From the NCBI RefSeq assembly GCF_902652985.1, contig NC_047022.1:16120001-16184000 (forward strand): DNA of 64,000 bases, in the 5' to 3' direction. Positions 49,001-62,002 of the stretch are shown in pieces (the first letter of the stretch is position 1; the number at the start of each line of letters is the position of its first letter). A model generated the notes under the pieces. The model made no database searches, was not told the DNA's origin, and saw only the letters and a program-made list of their open reading frames with translations. A program made the position numbers and the translations under genes. Origin of the DNA: Pecten maximus (lineage: Eukaryota).

Positions 49001-52000
49001 TAATTTTATTAAATGCATATTCGTGTGTACTTCCTTGAACTGATTTGTGTGGGAAATATATTTTTTATCAACGGATATCTAATTCAATGATCTACGACAC
49101 CTAACCGCCTAGCCAGAAATACTCGCAGCTTATACCGCTGCGCCAAATCCACGTTCTTAAAAAATGAACGTTTCAATGTCGCAGTGATGGTCGGCCTGAT
49201 ACATGTACCTGACATGACGAAGGAAGACAATTTTTGTCAATGCAAGAGTAAAAAAATGGTCTTCCTTTGTCATTTGTATAACTATGTTATATATCTAATT
49301 ATAACCACAATGTATCATATGTATTGCAGTTGTTGATCCGACGGTAAAGATTTGAATCACCTATCGTAGTTGTATTGTTTTGAATATATGGTCTATAGTA
49401 AGATATACTATTGACGTTTAATTCAGTTAACTAATTAGTAAACCTTCTTTGTGTAATCAAAGTATCTTTTTTCGTCAAAAATATATAAAATAGTAAGATT
49501 CTTTTATAACCCTATTGGGTTTAAATGTAGCATTCCTGCTGTACTACATCGGTCGAACCATGGTTACGAGGATTGCATTTACAAATCAATATAATTTAAA
49601 GTAGATTTACCAAGCTCTCGGAAATACATACTGTAATTTGGATATCAGTATTATACATGGAATGGGAGATAACTGCTATTGTTATGTCATTTCCAGTGGT
49701 GTTACCAGCCGTTCCAACAACCATTCGTCCCCAGACGAGGCCGTTCCCAGACCGGACTGTAAGACCTGGACGTCGACCAGTTATTGACAATGTCCGCCCA
49801 TTTATGACCACCACACCTGAACGTAAGGTTATTCATCCGTGACGTGATTGCGCCTTCCATGATATTCTCCTTAACAACTCTTTAACTTCTGTTCCTGATT
49901 CCTTCAGGTTTTGCTTTTGGTTCATCAGAAAAAACTCATTGAGCATAATATTATCGGGTGTGATAGGTTTTCTTCACTTGAGTACATATAAACATATAAG
50001 CATTCACACTGAAAACGTAATTTATTTGACTTTTCATCATCAAATTATCATTTAAATTTCCCGAATCAATCCTATTTTCATTGCATTCTCTTCATCTCTT
50101 CAAACATTTATATATTTATATATTTTTTGTCAGGAAAAAGATGTCCATTATCAAAGTTTTAAGCAATTGATTGGTTTTAAATCCTTCAAGTCGGTAATGC
50201 ACACATAGTGGGTCACCTTTGAAACATTACATTTTTCATTGATAATAAAGAGGACCATAAAAACATAAACTTAAAATGGTTTGAAGCCTGATATTATTAA
50301 ATGACATCTATATTGTGAGGAAATATTCTAAATGTTGCTTATTGCAGCATGCAGATTCCGTGCCGACCCTGACAGGAACTTCTATCAGGAGTTTGTCATT
50401 GGATTCGGGTGGAGCAAACGCCCATGTCCTATCGGTACCCTGTACAGAGAGGAGTCGTGTAAATGTGATGACATAGCCCCCGTATCTACTTTACGTAAGT
50501 ATAGCCTTATCGCTATCTTGTCGCTTTTGCGAAGAAGAAATTGCAGTGAAATGACCGTACACTATTTGGTGGGTCTATTGTTCCTCTTTAGAATGATGTA
50601 ATACAATTAGGAATGAAATATTGCTCATTGATACAAATTCTACTTAACTTTCATTGAACATTGTTCGTCATTAAATTATCATCTGAATCTTTAACGAGAT
50701 AGATAAATAAATTTCTTTGACAGGAACCACATGAATTATACATTATCTTTTTTTTACATATATATATTCGCCTTCTTTTCACATTTAATGTTCCATTGTT
50801 ATTCATGTTATGTCACAATTAAAATGAAAATTCGTAAATACATGCGATAACATTTCTATTAAGATACTATCTAGATACAACAAACGATTATTTTAAATCA
50901 CATCACATAAAAGCTTTATTAACTAAAACTTGTCTGAATCAGGATGACGAATTGATGTGATGTTGTATGTCTTAATATATGTGCATAAGTATGTGTCTGT
51001 ACGTGCTGGTTGGCTAGCAGAAGCATTTGAGCAGAATCCTTCACATTTGATATTTTATTAAATTAATTTTTTATAGGATACAGAAAGAATAATTTATATA
51101 TTATCTTAGGCAATTTATATATTATAACGTCCCGTACTTTTTAAATCATGATTTCGTAGATATCCTTGTACGATGCCAGAATTTTCGAAACCTGTTCACA
51201 CGCTAATTGGTTCCATTGTCTTCACTTTAGTTCACATTTTTTCATATTTTGCCTCGTTTTGTCGATTTGGTCGAGTTGGAATCAGGGTTTCCTTTTGATG
51301 TCGGTATTCTCTGTTTTTGTTCTATAGGATGCCGAGCAGAGCTGTACGTCCCATTCGATGTTATGCCAATAGCCGATGGTGCCGGCACCAGCATTCCCAT
51401 TGGTAACAACGGTAACGTTGATTCTGTTGCCAATGCTGGACGATTTGACGGTAGTGGACGTCTAACTATCTGGATGTACTCAAACATGGATTTTGGCGAA
51501 CTGTTGACGATTAACCTGAGATTCTATGACTTTCCAGGAGGACAAGAAGAGCAAGTTTTAGTTTCGAATTGCTTTGACAAGGAACTTGGTTCCATTGAGA
51601 TTGCAACACGTCCGCGAAAGAAGGAAGTTGTATTCCGTGGTAACACGGCTCAATCTGGACCAGTAGAAATAGCTCTTCCTTATCAGGTCAGTTTATGTGT
51701 ATTTTCACTGGAATTTGAACCAATTTGTCAAGGCTGTTATAAGTCTCCATATGTATAGTAAAATGAAGCCCTTATTGACTAAGGATCAGTTGGATCAGAC
51801 AGCAACAACAAAGTTATATATGCTTTTCCTATTGTTCATGACCACGATTTATTCTGTTCTTAAATGCGCTATGTCTACATTATGTGATTACATAGCGAAC
51901 AGTTATTACATAAAACTCAACATTTATCATGCTATTTATTCATCATATTTTGTTATTGATTGATTGATTGATTGATTATTAGAATATCATTCCAGCAAAG

Positions 52001-53470
52001 TTAATTATATTTATGTCACGTTCAATTCAGATTTACATCTGCCACCTGTTTGGAATGTTTCTCGGCATGATTAAAAATTGCTAAAAAAAATATTTAAATA
52101 TAGATTAAAAATTCAATTTTAATGTTTGACTATGCTTCTACACTATTAATCGATCGATCATATAACGCCATTCATTTGATTATAAAACAAATTTCATTCA
52201 TACGCCATAAAATAATTAGTATCAAGATTAATTATCATTAAATGACGACAAGATCAAATGAAAATTTACTGACGCAATGAAAGAGATGCAAATGGGGGTA
52301 TTTTACCAATTAGATATTTCTTCCTTCAGGAGAAAATGTGGAAGAATGTGACGTATGCTTATGACGGGTCCACACTTACTGGAAAGGTTAATGGCGAAGA
52401 AAAATCTATTCCCCTCAGAGGTAGGTCAAATGGCAGAGGTCATGTCGTTCGTGTTTTAAAATTAGCACATGTATAAATCAATCAAGGGTTGCCATATCTG
52501 TATAACTGAGATATATACATGCCTTATTATGTGAATCTTAATTACCCTTCAAACACTGTAAATGATCACGTCAGATATTTAAACATGAACCGCTCCTGGT
52601 AAAATAATAAATCAACGTTTTCTCGGTTAAACGTTCATGATGTCGTTTTGAGTATTCCACGGTTCGTCGGTAAAGCTATAAATATTTGACCTTTTGTAGA
52701 AACTGACACATTTCATTGAAAAATATTGATATTTTTTGCTTTTGCTTCTAGGAAACCTCGATATCAGATTTAGTGGATTTGAAATCGGGATGTGCAACGG
52801 GCGCGGATATGTCGGCTATGTGGATGAGGTGAGTAATCTCAATGTTATATTCATTTTACTTTCTTTAACGCTGTTACTTTACTTCCAAACATATGTAAAC
52901 TCGGTATTTGATCACAACAGATGCATATATAATAGAAATATGGAAAAGAGCAATTTGCAAGAATGGAAAAATACATTTGGATGAACATCGAATATTTTTT
53001 CAAAATGTAAATAAAAACGGAAAGGAATCTGTCTTCCTTAGTGGAATAATCTTTTAAAAATATTTCTATTCATTTCAAAAATATTTTCAAATAAATAGAC
53101 AAGCAATGCGTAATCCATAGAACGTTTGTATGGTAATATGTATTTATATTTGTAATGTAAATAACGGATAATGCTTTCATAATTTAATACTGTACTTTAA
53201 GTTCATATATGCTTGTTAATTTGTGTATTTCATGTTTACTTTTTAAGGAGACAGCATACGATTTGCAATCTATTAAAATCTCTTTAATAAATAAACAGTT
53301 AGTTTAGTTATTTAATTTTCATACATTTTAATTTATTAATAATATTAAATATCTTTCTATTTATTAAACTATATATTTATTTATTTCAGTTGAGAGTATA
53401 CAGATGTGTGAATCACTTTGGACTAACAAGACCTAATAACAATTTTGGATTTACGAGACGAGTGATATAG
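45911..53470 (+). CDS. Gene B: secreted Pif/LamG3-like protein, 394 aa (signal peptide, 4-Cys CB-like module, Pro/Arg linker, 4-Cys CB-like module, laminin G-like domain)
   Basis: join(45911-46064, 46716-46865, 49697-49822, 50348-50494, 51328-51686, 52330-52420, 52752-52828, 53390-53470) = 1185 nt, uninterrupted frame, all GT-AG. Confidence 0.88.
46116..46265. other. Assembly gap (150 N) followed by GACA/GATA-type simple repeat
   Basis: Run of N; AGACAC/AGACAG-rich sequence at 46266-46365. Confidence 0.98.
46716..46865 (+). CDS. Gene B exon 2: 4-Cys CB-like module (GCVLQPVPNSINKY...FYCAQGTIFYPDKCACDW)
   Basis: TTTTAG acceptor, A|GTAAGT donor, CxxGTxF..CxCDW motif. Confidence 0.9.
49697..49822 (+). 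CDS. Gene B exon 3: Pro/Arg/Thr-rich linker
   Basis: TTCCAG acceptor, C|GTAAGG donor, phase 1-1, GC-richer than its flanks. Confidence 0.78.
50348..50494 (+). CDS. Gene B exon 4: 4-Cys CB-like module (CRFRADPDRNFYQEFVIGFGWSKRPCPIGTLYREESCKC)
   Basis: TTGCAG acceptor, C|GTAAGT donor. Confidence 0.9.
51328..51686 (+). CDS. Gene B exon 5: laminin G-like domain, N-terminal part
   Basis: CRAELYVPFD..GRFDGSGRLTIWMYSN..LVSNC..LPYQ aligns by eye with gene A exon 6; CAG|GTCAGT donor. Confidence 0.92.
52330..52420 (+). CDS. Gene B exon 6: LamG (EKMWKNVTYAYDGSTLTGKVNG)
   Basis: CTTCAG acceptor, G|GTAGGT donor, 91 nt. Confidence 0.9.
52752..52828 (+). CDS. Gene B exon 7: LamG (GNLDIRFSGFEIGMCNGRGYVGYVDE)
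   Basis: TTCTAG acceptor, GAG|GTGAGT donor. Confidence 0.9.
53390..53470 (+). CDS. Gene B exon 8: LRVYRCVNHFGLTRPNNNFGFTRRVI*
   Basis: TTTCAG acceptor; completes the DELRVY LamG motif. Confidence 0.87.
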   Translation: MRVYRCVNHFGLTRPNNNFGFTRRVI

Positions 53471-56400
53471 TGAATTATTCATATTTAGAAAGTGTTTTAA
53501 TATTTTTGTCATGTTATTAATTGATAGTGAACATTCAAATTCCATAAAACGCTGTCATAGGTGTAGGCAGCAAGCGAAATTGCACCTGAAAGATGTACAT
53601 AAACAAAGAGAGTTTTGCTACGTGACATTTCACACCGATATTTGCTGTAGGTGACTCAATGAAATATGATATAATAATCTGACTTAAGATATGTTCTTTT
53701 GACGATAATAATTAACAGTGTGTCTTTATTACTGGAATTATCCGATAAACCGTCGAGATTATCTAATCATGTCAGTACTTATCCGATGGTCCTGATTCCC
53801 AGTTAGTGGTCAAAAGATCCGATTACTCTTTTATTATACAACATAGTCCCATATCCCCCAGTCTAATTTTTCAGCCAGTCTAGCAGAGGACGCCGAAGAC
53901 TGAATTATCGAGGGCTGCCCTGTTGGTGCAGAGGGTAGGGCGTATAAACATTTACGGTTAGACCTCTCAAATACCTTTTCCTCCTATGTTTATGTAGGTA
54001 TCTGTTATTTCTTCGATGTTTGAAATTCCTACCCCCCTCCCCATTCCTTACATAAACCAAGTTTAAAAAAAAAAACTGTCAATGAAAATTACATATTATG
54101 TGTGAGAGATTGGTAAACTAAATATTCTTTTGAATTTTATTACTCAAAATGACATGTTGTTGATATACCGAGGTACAATCAAAATCATACACAACGTTAC
54201 TAATTTTACGCCGGGATATGTCATAAGGGGTGACTTTATTAAGCAATTGAATGGTTTGACCATGGATATACTCAATAAATACGAAAATATATGGTGCAGT
54301 ATGAGTATGAATTCTTCCTCATAGGAGCAAGCTTTTTAACGATGTCCTGTATGGTAAAAGTAATTTCATACAAACTGTTCATCAAGTTACTTTTATAACT
54401 TAACATGACATTGATACATAATCTGAACAGTATATGTGCATCCAATGTAATCGTAATATAGAATTGTAACAGACTGGCTCTAGGATGTATTAGTGCTTAA
54501 GCATAATATATCAGATACATAACGAAACTTCATTTTACCGATCATTAATAAGGTAATGCATTCAGCGTGAAATTCGCTGAAATGAAATTACTGCTAAAAG
54601 ATTACGTTCACAGTATGTATCCTATTTCATCAGGTCATGTGATGCTTTTTTCGCAATCATTGCCGTAGCAATCTTTATATTGCATGTTAGCATACTGTTC
54701 AGGGAACTTCATTAAGATACAATTCCTTGTATATCTTATATATAACACCAAATTAAATGTCAGGGAAAAATAAGTTTATTGTGTCGATAAGTTTCTTTTC
54801 AGTAAGATTGACGTTTAAATGCATTAGCCTGTACATATATGTAGTTACTTATATCTGTATAATGTATATAGCACTACTGTTCATTTGTATGTTTTAAATG
54901 TACATATATGTATATGTCCTTGATGCTTCAAATGTCGAATAACGTGCTTGTTTAATACAATGCCATAAGCAGTGTCTCAGCAGATTGTTTTATCTGTAAT
55001 AAGCATTTGAGTGACAAACTGATTACCACGTGTACAATTTGGACCTAGATTCATTAACACTGATCTATATTTTTGATATGTGTTATTGTTCAATCAACTT
55101 ACTGGTAAATTTCTACTTAAAGATTGTTTTCATTTTTACGTTGTAACATAATATGATCATCAATGTTTCATACGGGACATGTGTGTATGAACAGAAATAG
55201 GATGGTTTCGTGGAGTAAATAAAGTTCATACTATATACTAGTCCTGTTGAATTGATTTGTTTCTTTTTTGTGTATGTCAAAAGACATTCCTAAAATCAAC
55301 CTATGATACATAGACATGTAACCTTTACATCATATTCGATTAATATTTTTCATAGTTTTACCTCGGAAATAATGAATATCACAAGTTCATATAAAAATCA
55401 ACACATGATAAGCATAATTCGGACGTTTTGCTCCTTTCCTAAAACGATCAGAAGAAATGCTAAGCTCATGTTCATACTTAATCTCCGTTACGGAATGATA
55501 ATTAGGTAAACGACCTGCGAGACAAATTGATGACAGGTATTACTGTAATCGTACTTAGTTTGACGCATTGATGAATTAGTGAGCCCCAATCACTTCCTTT
55601 AGAAACAGTATATATAGAATGTTATTAGCACAATCCTAATCTAGCGCATTGCTTCAAGCTCAAACATCACTAAACTATGTATATTTACAATATATCATCC
55701 CTATCGCATATTCACACTGTTGGTCCTTAGCAATATTTACTGTGAGATTATTTAAAAGGATATAAAACAGTTTTATTCCGTATTTTACATATATCTTACA
55801 CTTGCCGAAATACGGTGTAGCTACCCTATAGTGAAACTTACGTCCTTAACTCCTACTAATATACAAGAGGCCAAGGACCACGTAGTTCTCTTGGCATGGC
55901 ATTAGTATTCAATTCATTGTTGTCAATTGTCTTGCATTTGGTAATTATAGTTTGTTTGTTTGAACACTGCAGCCTTATAGTTGACCAATGAAGAGGCCAT
56001 TATATAGATACTTTTATAATTGAACTTTAATCCAGCATTTATTATAATTTCATTTAGGGCATATGCGGGTCAAAATAGCCTTAGAAATCGACAAGCCGTC
56101 AAACAATTTTGTTTTAATGCACAACGAGGGCTTGTCGTTGCTTCTTTACTCATTTCCCTCCCCTTTAGGTGCATGTAGCTATATAGGGCGTGATAATTAA
56201 TATTGTGCCCGCTGCCAACATCTCATGATTGTACAAGAGGCCCAGATGACCTGTGTCACTCACCTGGTTATTTTAGAAATTACATTTTAAATCAAAAGTT
56301 ACATAAAGTGCATATATTTGTGCATCTAGACCCATATTTTGTAAGTATATTACTAAATGGACCCATTTTGGCACTGCCCTTCGGGTCCTTAGGTTGTCGA

Positions 56401-58887
56401 CCCCATTAAATTGAATCAGTCACCTAGGGATGTTATCTTTCTAACATGAGCGATTATATATGATTATATACATAGTCAGGAAAGTGGTATGAAATTCCTT
56501 TCCGATTAAAACACACAGTCTGAAATTTACTGAAAATATCGCTGTTGAGATCTTGTCGTGAGTGCTATTCATTTAATGTGATGACACAATCATCTGACGA
56601 CATCCAGGTAACCTTTACGGTTAACAAATCAAATTACTGCCTTCAGAATCTTGAAGATAAATTTAATATGTGCGAACTAGCATGACTAATGTGCATAACT
56701 TGCGGACGCAGATCTGGTACAACCAACATCGCAACTGTAAACGATCTTTTACAGTGCAGCCCTTACGACTTTCTCAGCTAAAGTTCCAAATTTAACAATC
56801 AACCGATCCTCGATCAATTAGTAACCGATTACATTTCATCATTAGTCAAAACTCGATAACTGAAGAAAATCAATAATTGATCACCAACGAACGATCTGTT
56901 TTGAACGATTGCTACAAAGGTTATGGTGTATCACAGTATTTTAGGATTACAACCTAAAATTATTTTCTTGTACCATATATGATTATTGTTATTTCTATAG
57001 CTGTCGTCGTCCAAATGATGTCAATGTATTTGTACGTTATCATGGTGGACATTTTGAGTATCTGCATGTTCAAAATACGTTCATATTTACTACTTTTATA
57101 GAAAAGAAATTTTAGTCACAGACATTATTAGAGATCAAGGAACAACAGGTCAAAGGACACCTATTAGAGCTGACGCACTGCGTACGTTCCTCAAAGTATA
57201 GTAAGGCCGTATATACATTTGCAACGTTTAAAGACCGAGATTCAGTGTCTTTGGTTGTCTAGGCACACCACTGGCTATCTAATCTCTACAGCATTTATGT
57301 GACAGGTCAGCAGCCCAAACCTGGCTGGTATGAGGAGGGTAGAAGATCTGCACAGTAATATGTAACCTGATACCCCATCATGATATCTGTGAATTGAAAG
57401 TGTGTTTACATTACCTAGTTGTGAAAAACAAAACAAATACATAAGAAACAAAAACACTGCGCTGGTTAGTATTGATAAAAAAAGGATTAGCCCCTACTCT
57501 TACTATATGGACTTTCCCGAAGAGCGGCAAGAACTGTGAAAGTGCTAAAAAGTTTGTCGTTAACTTTTGTTTGTTTATATATATAATCCCTTGAAGAGCG
57601 GCAGAATGTAGCCGCGAAAGTACTAGGGAGACAGCAGATCTGTGTTTGGCTTCTTATTTTATTATTATTTACCGTCACATGGACATTTAAACTTTATTCT
57701 ATATATATATATATAGTTGTCTTCCTTATACACATATATAGATATATTTCTTGTGATTTCAACTTCAAATTCAAAATTCCAGCAGAGAGATATTGTGAAT
57801 TATATTCCAGTGATTAGTATTTCACATGTATGATTTCTTCTTAGTATAACCTGTCCATTCTGATCCCTAATTTCACTTGGTAAACGACATTCGTAATAAA
57901 CATTTCGTAGGCTTCCATTCTTTTAATAATTTTGAGAATATAAAACAGATATATCCACCTCACCAACTGATCATGATTGTCTTTTTAGTTATTTGTTGTA
58001 GATGATTAATTGTTATGTATATATCATCTAATTTTCGTCTTGTAAATTGTGAGAGTGACGAAGTACAGAATTGGAATCAATTAGTTTTAAGGCCATATTG
58101 TTTTATCAGAAAAAACCCAAACAAGTCCAGCTCCAGTATCCTGGCTGGTATGTGTCAACGCTGGGGCAGAGTAAGGGAAGAGTTTAGGTCACTAGAGGTC
58201 AATTTAAACAGCTCTAGTGTGATTAAGACCCAGGGTTATCTGGAGGTTGATTTAGTAAATTTTAGATTAACAGGTTTTTAGGTGGCTTGAGAGTGGGAGA
58301 CAATGATGTTTTGGTCAGCTTGTGTTTATATGTTAAGGTGTACATACATGTTATGGAGTCTCTGATTTGGTGACCATATAGTACGAAGTTTTGTATGTTT
58401 TGATGTTCTGATGTTCTGATTAGGACTTGTTGATGTGCGCACTCAGGTGAATGTGGATATGTACTAAATGTCTGTAAATAAACTGTAAATAGTGTATTAA
58501 CACTTGTTTGTGTCTTGAACCCCGTCACAATATTTTGATGCAAATTTTCATATTTCATATATTGCCATTTACAAACCATGAATACCTGGTTTCGACAGAT
58601 TATACTTTACATTCTTGCATGATATCTGCTGATTTGCACATTTAACTGATATTTCCCTTGACGACAATACAAGGAGTTAAATAATAATTAAAGATATATA
58701 TCTCCTGTTATATTTCACTCACAACTTGTAGTAAACACGTATTATAATACAAATATTGTATATAAATTATACTATGCTATGCTCTAAGTGTGATACAATT
58801 ATTCTGATGCAAATTTTATGGAATATTCGTAGTATGGAATTAAATAATGTAATGTGTGATACTGATTATATGTTAACCACATACAAT

Positions 58888-58988
58888 AAATTTGCTATTT
58901 AAAACTTTATGTCACATATATTATAAATTTGCTATACATAACTTTATGTCACATACATTATATAAATTTGCTATATATAACTTTATGT
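58888..58988. repeat. ~38-bp AT-rich tandem repeat, about 2.7 copies
   Basis: AAATTTGCTAT....AACTTTATGT(CACATA) occurs three times. Confidence 0.75.
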
Positions 58989-59330
58989 ATTTTATTTTCA
59001 TTAATTCTTCAATTAAATCTTATCATTTGATAATATAAAGCAATGCATTTGTATGTACGAAGACAGGGGTATTTGTCCACAAACACATTCAGGACTTGTC
59101 CCTTCACTACACTGTAGACCACATACACGTGTGTGTTTCCCTTCAGTGTAAACTATACCTTAGGTAGCAGTGGTTGACGCCCTGCCTGGACAAAATTAAT
59201 TGATACTGTCATTAGTCCAGATAACAACCAACATACACAAATTGCACTGATTCTCGTCCCAACGATTAGGAGGTATAGCTCATATTTCACCATTGTTACT
59301 AAAAATAGACATTTAAACTTAATTTTTCTT

Positions 59331-61689
59331 ACCTTACGCACTCCCGTCGATATTGCGCAAGCTTTTGGTAATTACTTCCAGTCTGTTTATAAGGTTAATT
59401 CTAGGCCGGCAGCAATGTTCGACGCCGAACTTGATGACCCTAAGGACATTTTCGATCACGATGATCTAAACAGAAATATAAACTTCGACGAAGTTGAGTG
59501 CGCTATCCGAGGTTTGAAATTCAACAAAGCACCAGGAGTAGATCTCATTCAAAACGAGTATTTACGATATGGAGGACGGACTCTGATATTGTGTCTTCAA
59601 AAACTCTTCGCCAAATGTCTGGAGCATGAGCACGTGCCCAATGTATGGAAACGAGGTATAATTCTTCCCATATTCAAAGGCGTTAACAAATCTCGCGGTG
59701 ATCCCGCAAGCTACAGGCCAATTACTCTTTTATGCTGTACATACAAACTTTTTGAATCGGTGATCAACAACAGAATTCATGACAGTCTAAAGACTTCACT
59801 TTTATCATTTCCAAACGACCAACAGAACGGTTTCCGCAAGTCTCTCAGTTGTACAACTGCCACATTTTCTCTCCAAGAAACAATTTTTCATAACATAGAG
59901 TTGGGAAGCAAAGTGTTTGTTGCATTCCTGGATATAAAAAAGGCTTTCGATACCGTCTGGCACACAGGCCTTTTTCGTAAACTCACTAATGTCGGCATCA
60001 CAGGCCATCTACTTAACACCATTCGCGAGGCGTACAAGGGTATGTCGAGCGCCGTGACGTGGCAGGGTATGACGTCACATTGGTTTCCCGTTGAATCTGG
60101 AGTCCGACAAGGTGGTGTTTTATCTACTTTTCTTTATCAAACGTTTATTGATAACCTACTTGACTATCTAAGTAAAAGCAAACATGGCGCCGTTATCGAT
60201 AGGGTCCCTTCTGGGAATCCAACTCTGGCAGATGGCATCACCCTCATCAGCACATCTCCGCGTTCGCTACAACACCTGTTGAACATTTGTCAGAAATATA
60301 GTATGAAGTGGAAGTTCGAGTCCCGTGATACAAAGTGCAAAGTTTTAATAATCGGAAACTACATTCCAAGGAATCCGAATGAAACATGGACACTAGGCCA
60401 TCATACCCTTGATATCTCACACTCCCAAACTCACCTGGGTACAGTGTTTTCGTCCAAACTGTCTAACACTGAACGTATCACCAACGCTTGTGATAAAGGT
60501 AGAAGAACCTTACATTCTATTGTTGGTGTAGCCCCCTCCTTATCTGCAATAAGTCCTGTCGTTAAAACCAGTCTCTACAAGAAAGTCGTTTTACCGTCGA
60601 TTCTGTATGGGTGTGAACATTGGACTAATCTCACTGTAACAGAAATCTCCAAGATTGCTTGTTTTCAACACTACGCTGTAAAACTCATACTGGGTTTACC
60701 ACGTCGTACAAGGTCAGATATAGCCGAATCTATACTTGGTCTTTTAAGAATCCCAGCAGAAGTCGACCGGAGGAAACTACTGTTTCTACAAAAAATGATA
60801 GCTATGGACCAATCCTATCTGCCGAAGCAAATTTTTACCATACGTCTACATTTATATATTTCAGTGTTACCCAACACACCAGCAAACCATAAAGGATATT
60901 TCCCTGATATAGTTAAAGTACTCCGGAAATACAATCTTCTTTATTATTTGGAGACATATCTACGGTCTTACATATTTCCAACCAAGTCCCAATGGAAACG
61001 CATAGTGAAATCCACTATTAGGTCCTACGAAAACTCGGCTCTCAAAGAAAGCGAGTGGCAAATGATAATGACTTCTCCTTTTTCCAAAAGATTCATTGCT
61101 CATATGACCTATATAGCTTGTGGCATGCTGCGGAATCTCCGTCCGATATGCAAAACATTTATTATATATGTTCTGTGTTGGCTCTGCCTAGTGGCCGTGC
61201 CGATGAACAATGCCCACTCTGCACAATGTCTCATGACGTCGCAGTAATTCATCTGTGTGCTGATTGTATAGTCAATACTGCTCTAAAACAAAGCTTTATG
61301 GAAGATATTCTCATTACCTTCGGTCCAACTGTATTCCATTTCATTGAGAGAATGGATGCTACTGCCTTCACCCGCACCATATTAGGAGCCAATGCAGGAA
61401 TTCCCTTCATTGACGATACAGACTATGAACAATTCCTCATGAAATCTGTTCGATTTGTCGCTCGTGTTACGCGATGTCTGTTGTAGTGTCTTGACTTAAC
61501 CCAACGTAACTGTTTCGCGCGGACATGAAAATCCCTTTCAATGCCGCGCTTGCATCTCGATGTATATACATTTTTTTTCGCTTTTTCTTCTAATTCCTCT
61601 GTTCATTTACTTTTTTTATGTCGATTTCCTTGTATTTAAAATATCCAACCGGAGCAAATAAAGTATGATGATGATGATGATGATGATGA
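59331..61689 (+). mobile_element. 5'-truncated non-LTR retrotransposon (RTE-X/CR1-like LINE): RT domain, C-terminal Cys-His motif, (ATG)8 tail
   Basis: KAPGVDLI, YRPITLL, QNGFR, FLDIKKAFDTV, GVRQGGVLS, LADG, LYGCEHW; frameshift near 61050 into CPLC..H...C; AATAAA at 61657 followed by (ATG)8. No endonuclease domain is present. Confidence 0.95.
59415..61247 (+). pseudogene. LINE reverse transcriptase ORF (truncated, catalytic DD changed to DG, frameshifted C-terminus continuing to 61486)
   Basis: 610-aa ORF with all RT blocks; the frame is open upstream to ~59331 (TPVDIAQAFGNYFQSVY). Confidence 0.85.
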
Positions 61690-61809
61690 GTTCTCGGAGC
61701 TATAAATAGCCATAAATAGCCCCAGAGAACTAATAATGACATGTGCGTCATACGGTAAATCTTTGTGTATTTTACAACAAATACGAAACAATTTATATCA
61801 ACTCTAGAT

Positions 61810-61998
61810 GCCGCGGTGGCCGAGTGGTTAATGTGTGCCGACACTTTATCACTAGCCCTCCACCTCTGGGTTGCGAGTTCGAAACCCACTTTGGACAGTT
61901 GCCAGGTACTGACCGCAGACCGCTTCCCGCAACCTTCAAAACAAGGCACGTCCTTAAATTACCCTTGCTGTTAATAGGACGTTAAACAAAATAAACCA
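61810..61998 (+). mobile_element. tRNA-derived SINE (second family)
   Basis: A-box TGGCCGAGTGG (61817-61827), B-box GAGTTCGAAAC (61875-61885), tail GGACGTTAAACAAAATAAACC; no complete cloverleaf. Confidence 0.8.
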
Positions 61999-62002
61999 AA
62001 TA

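Noticed and set aside
53500-59300. A third paralog or further exons downstream of gene B
   Set aside because: No Cys-patterned or LamG-like exon recognised on either strand; the short ORFs look like AT-rich noise.
61810-61890. tRNA gene
   Set aside because: A and B boxes are present, but there is no closing acceptor stem and it continues into a SINE body and tail.
61590-61949. Minus-strand ORF with a poly-His tract
   Set aside because: The His run is the antisense of the LINE (ATG)8 tail, and the rest is SINE sequence.
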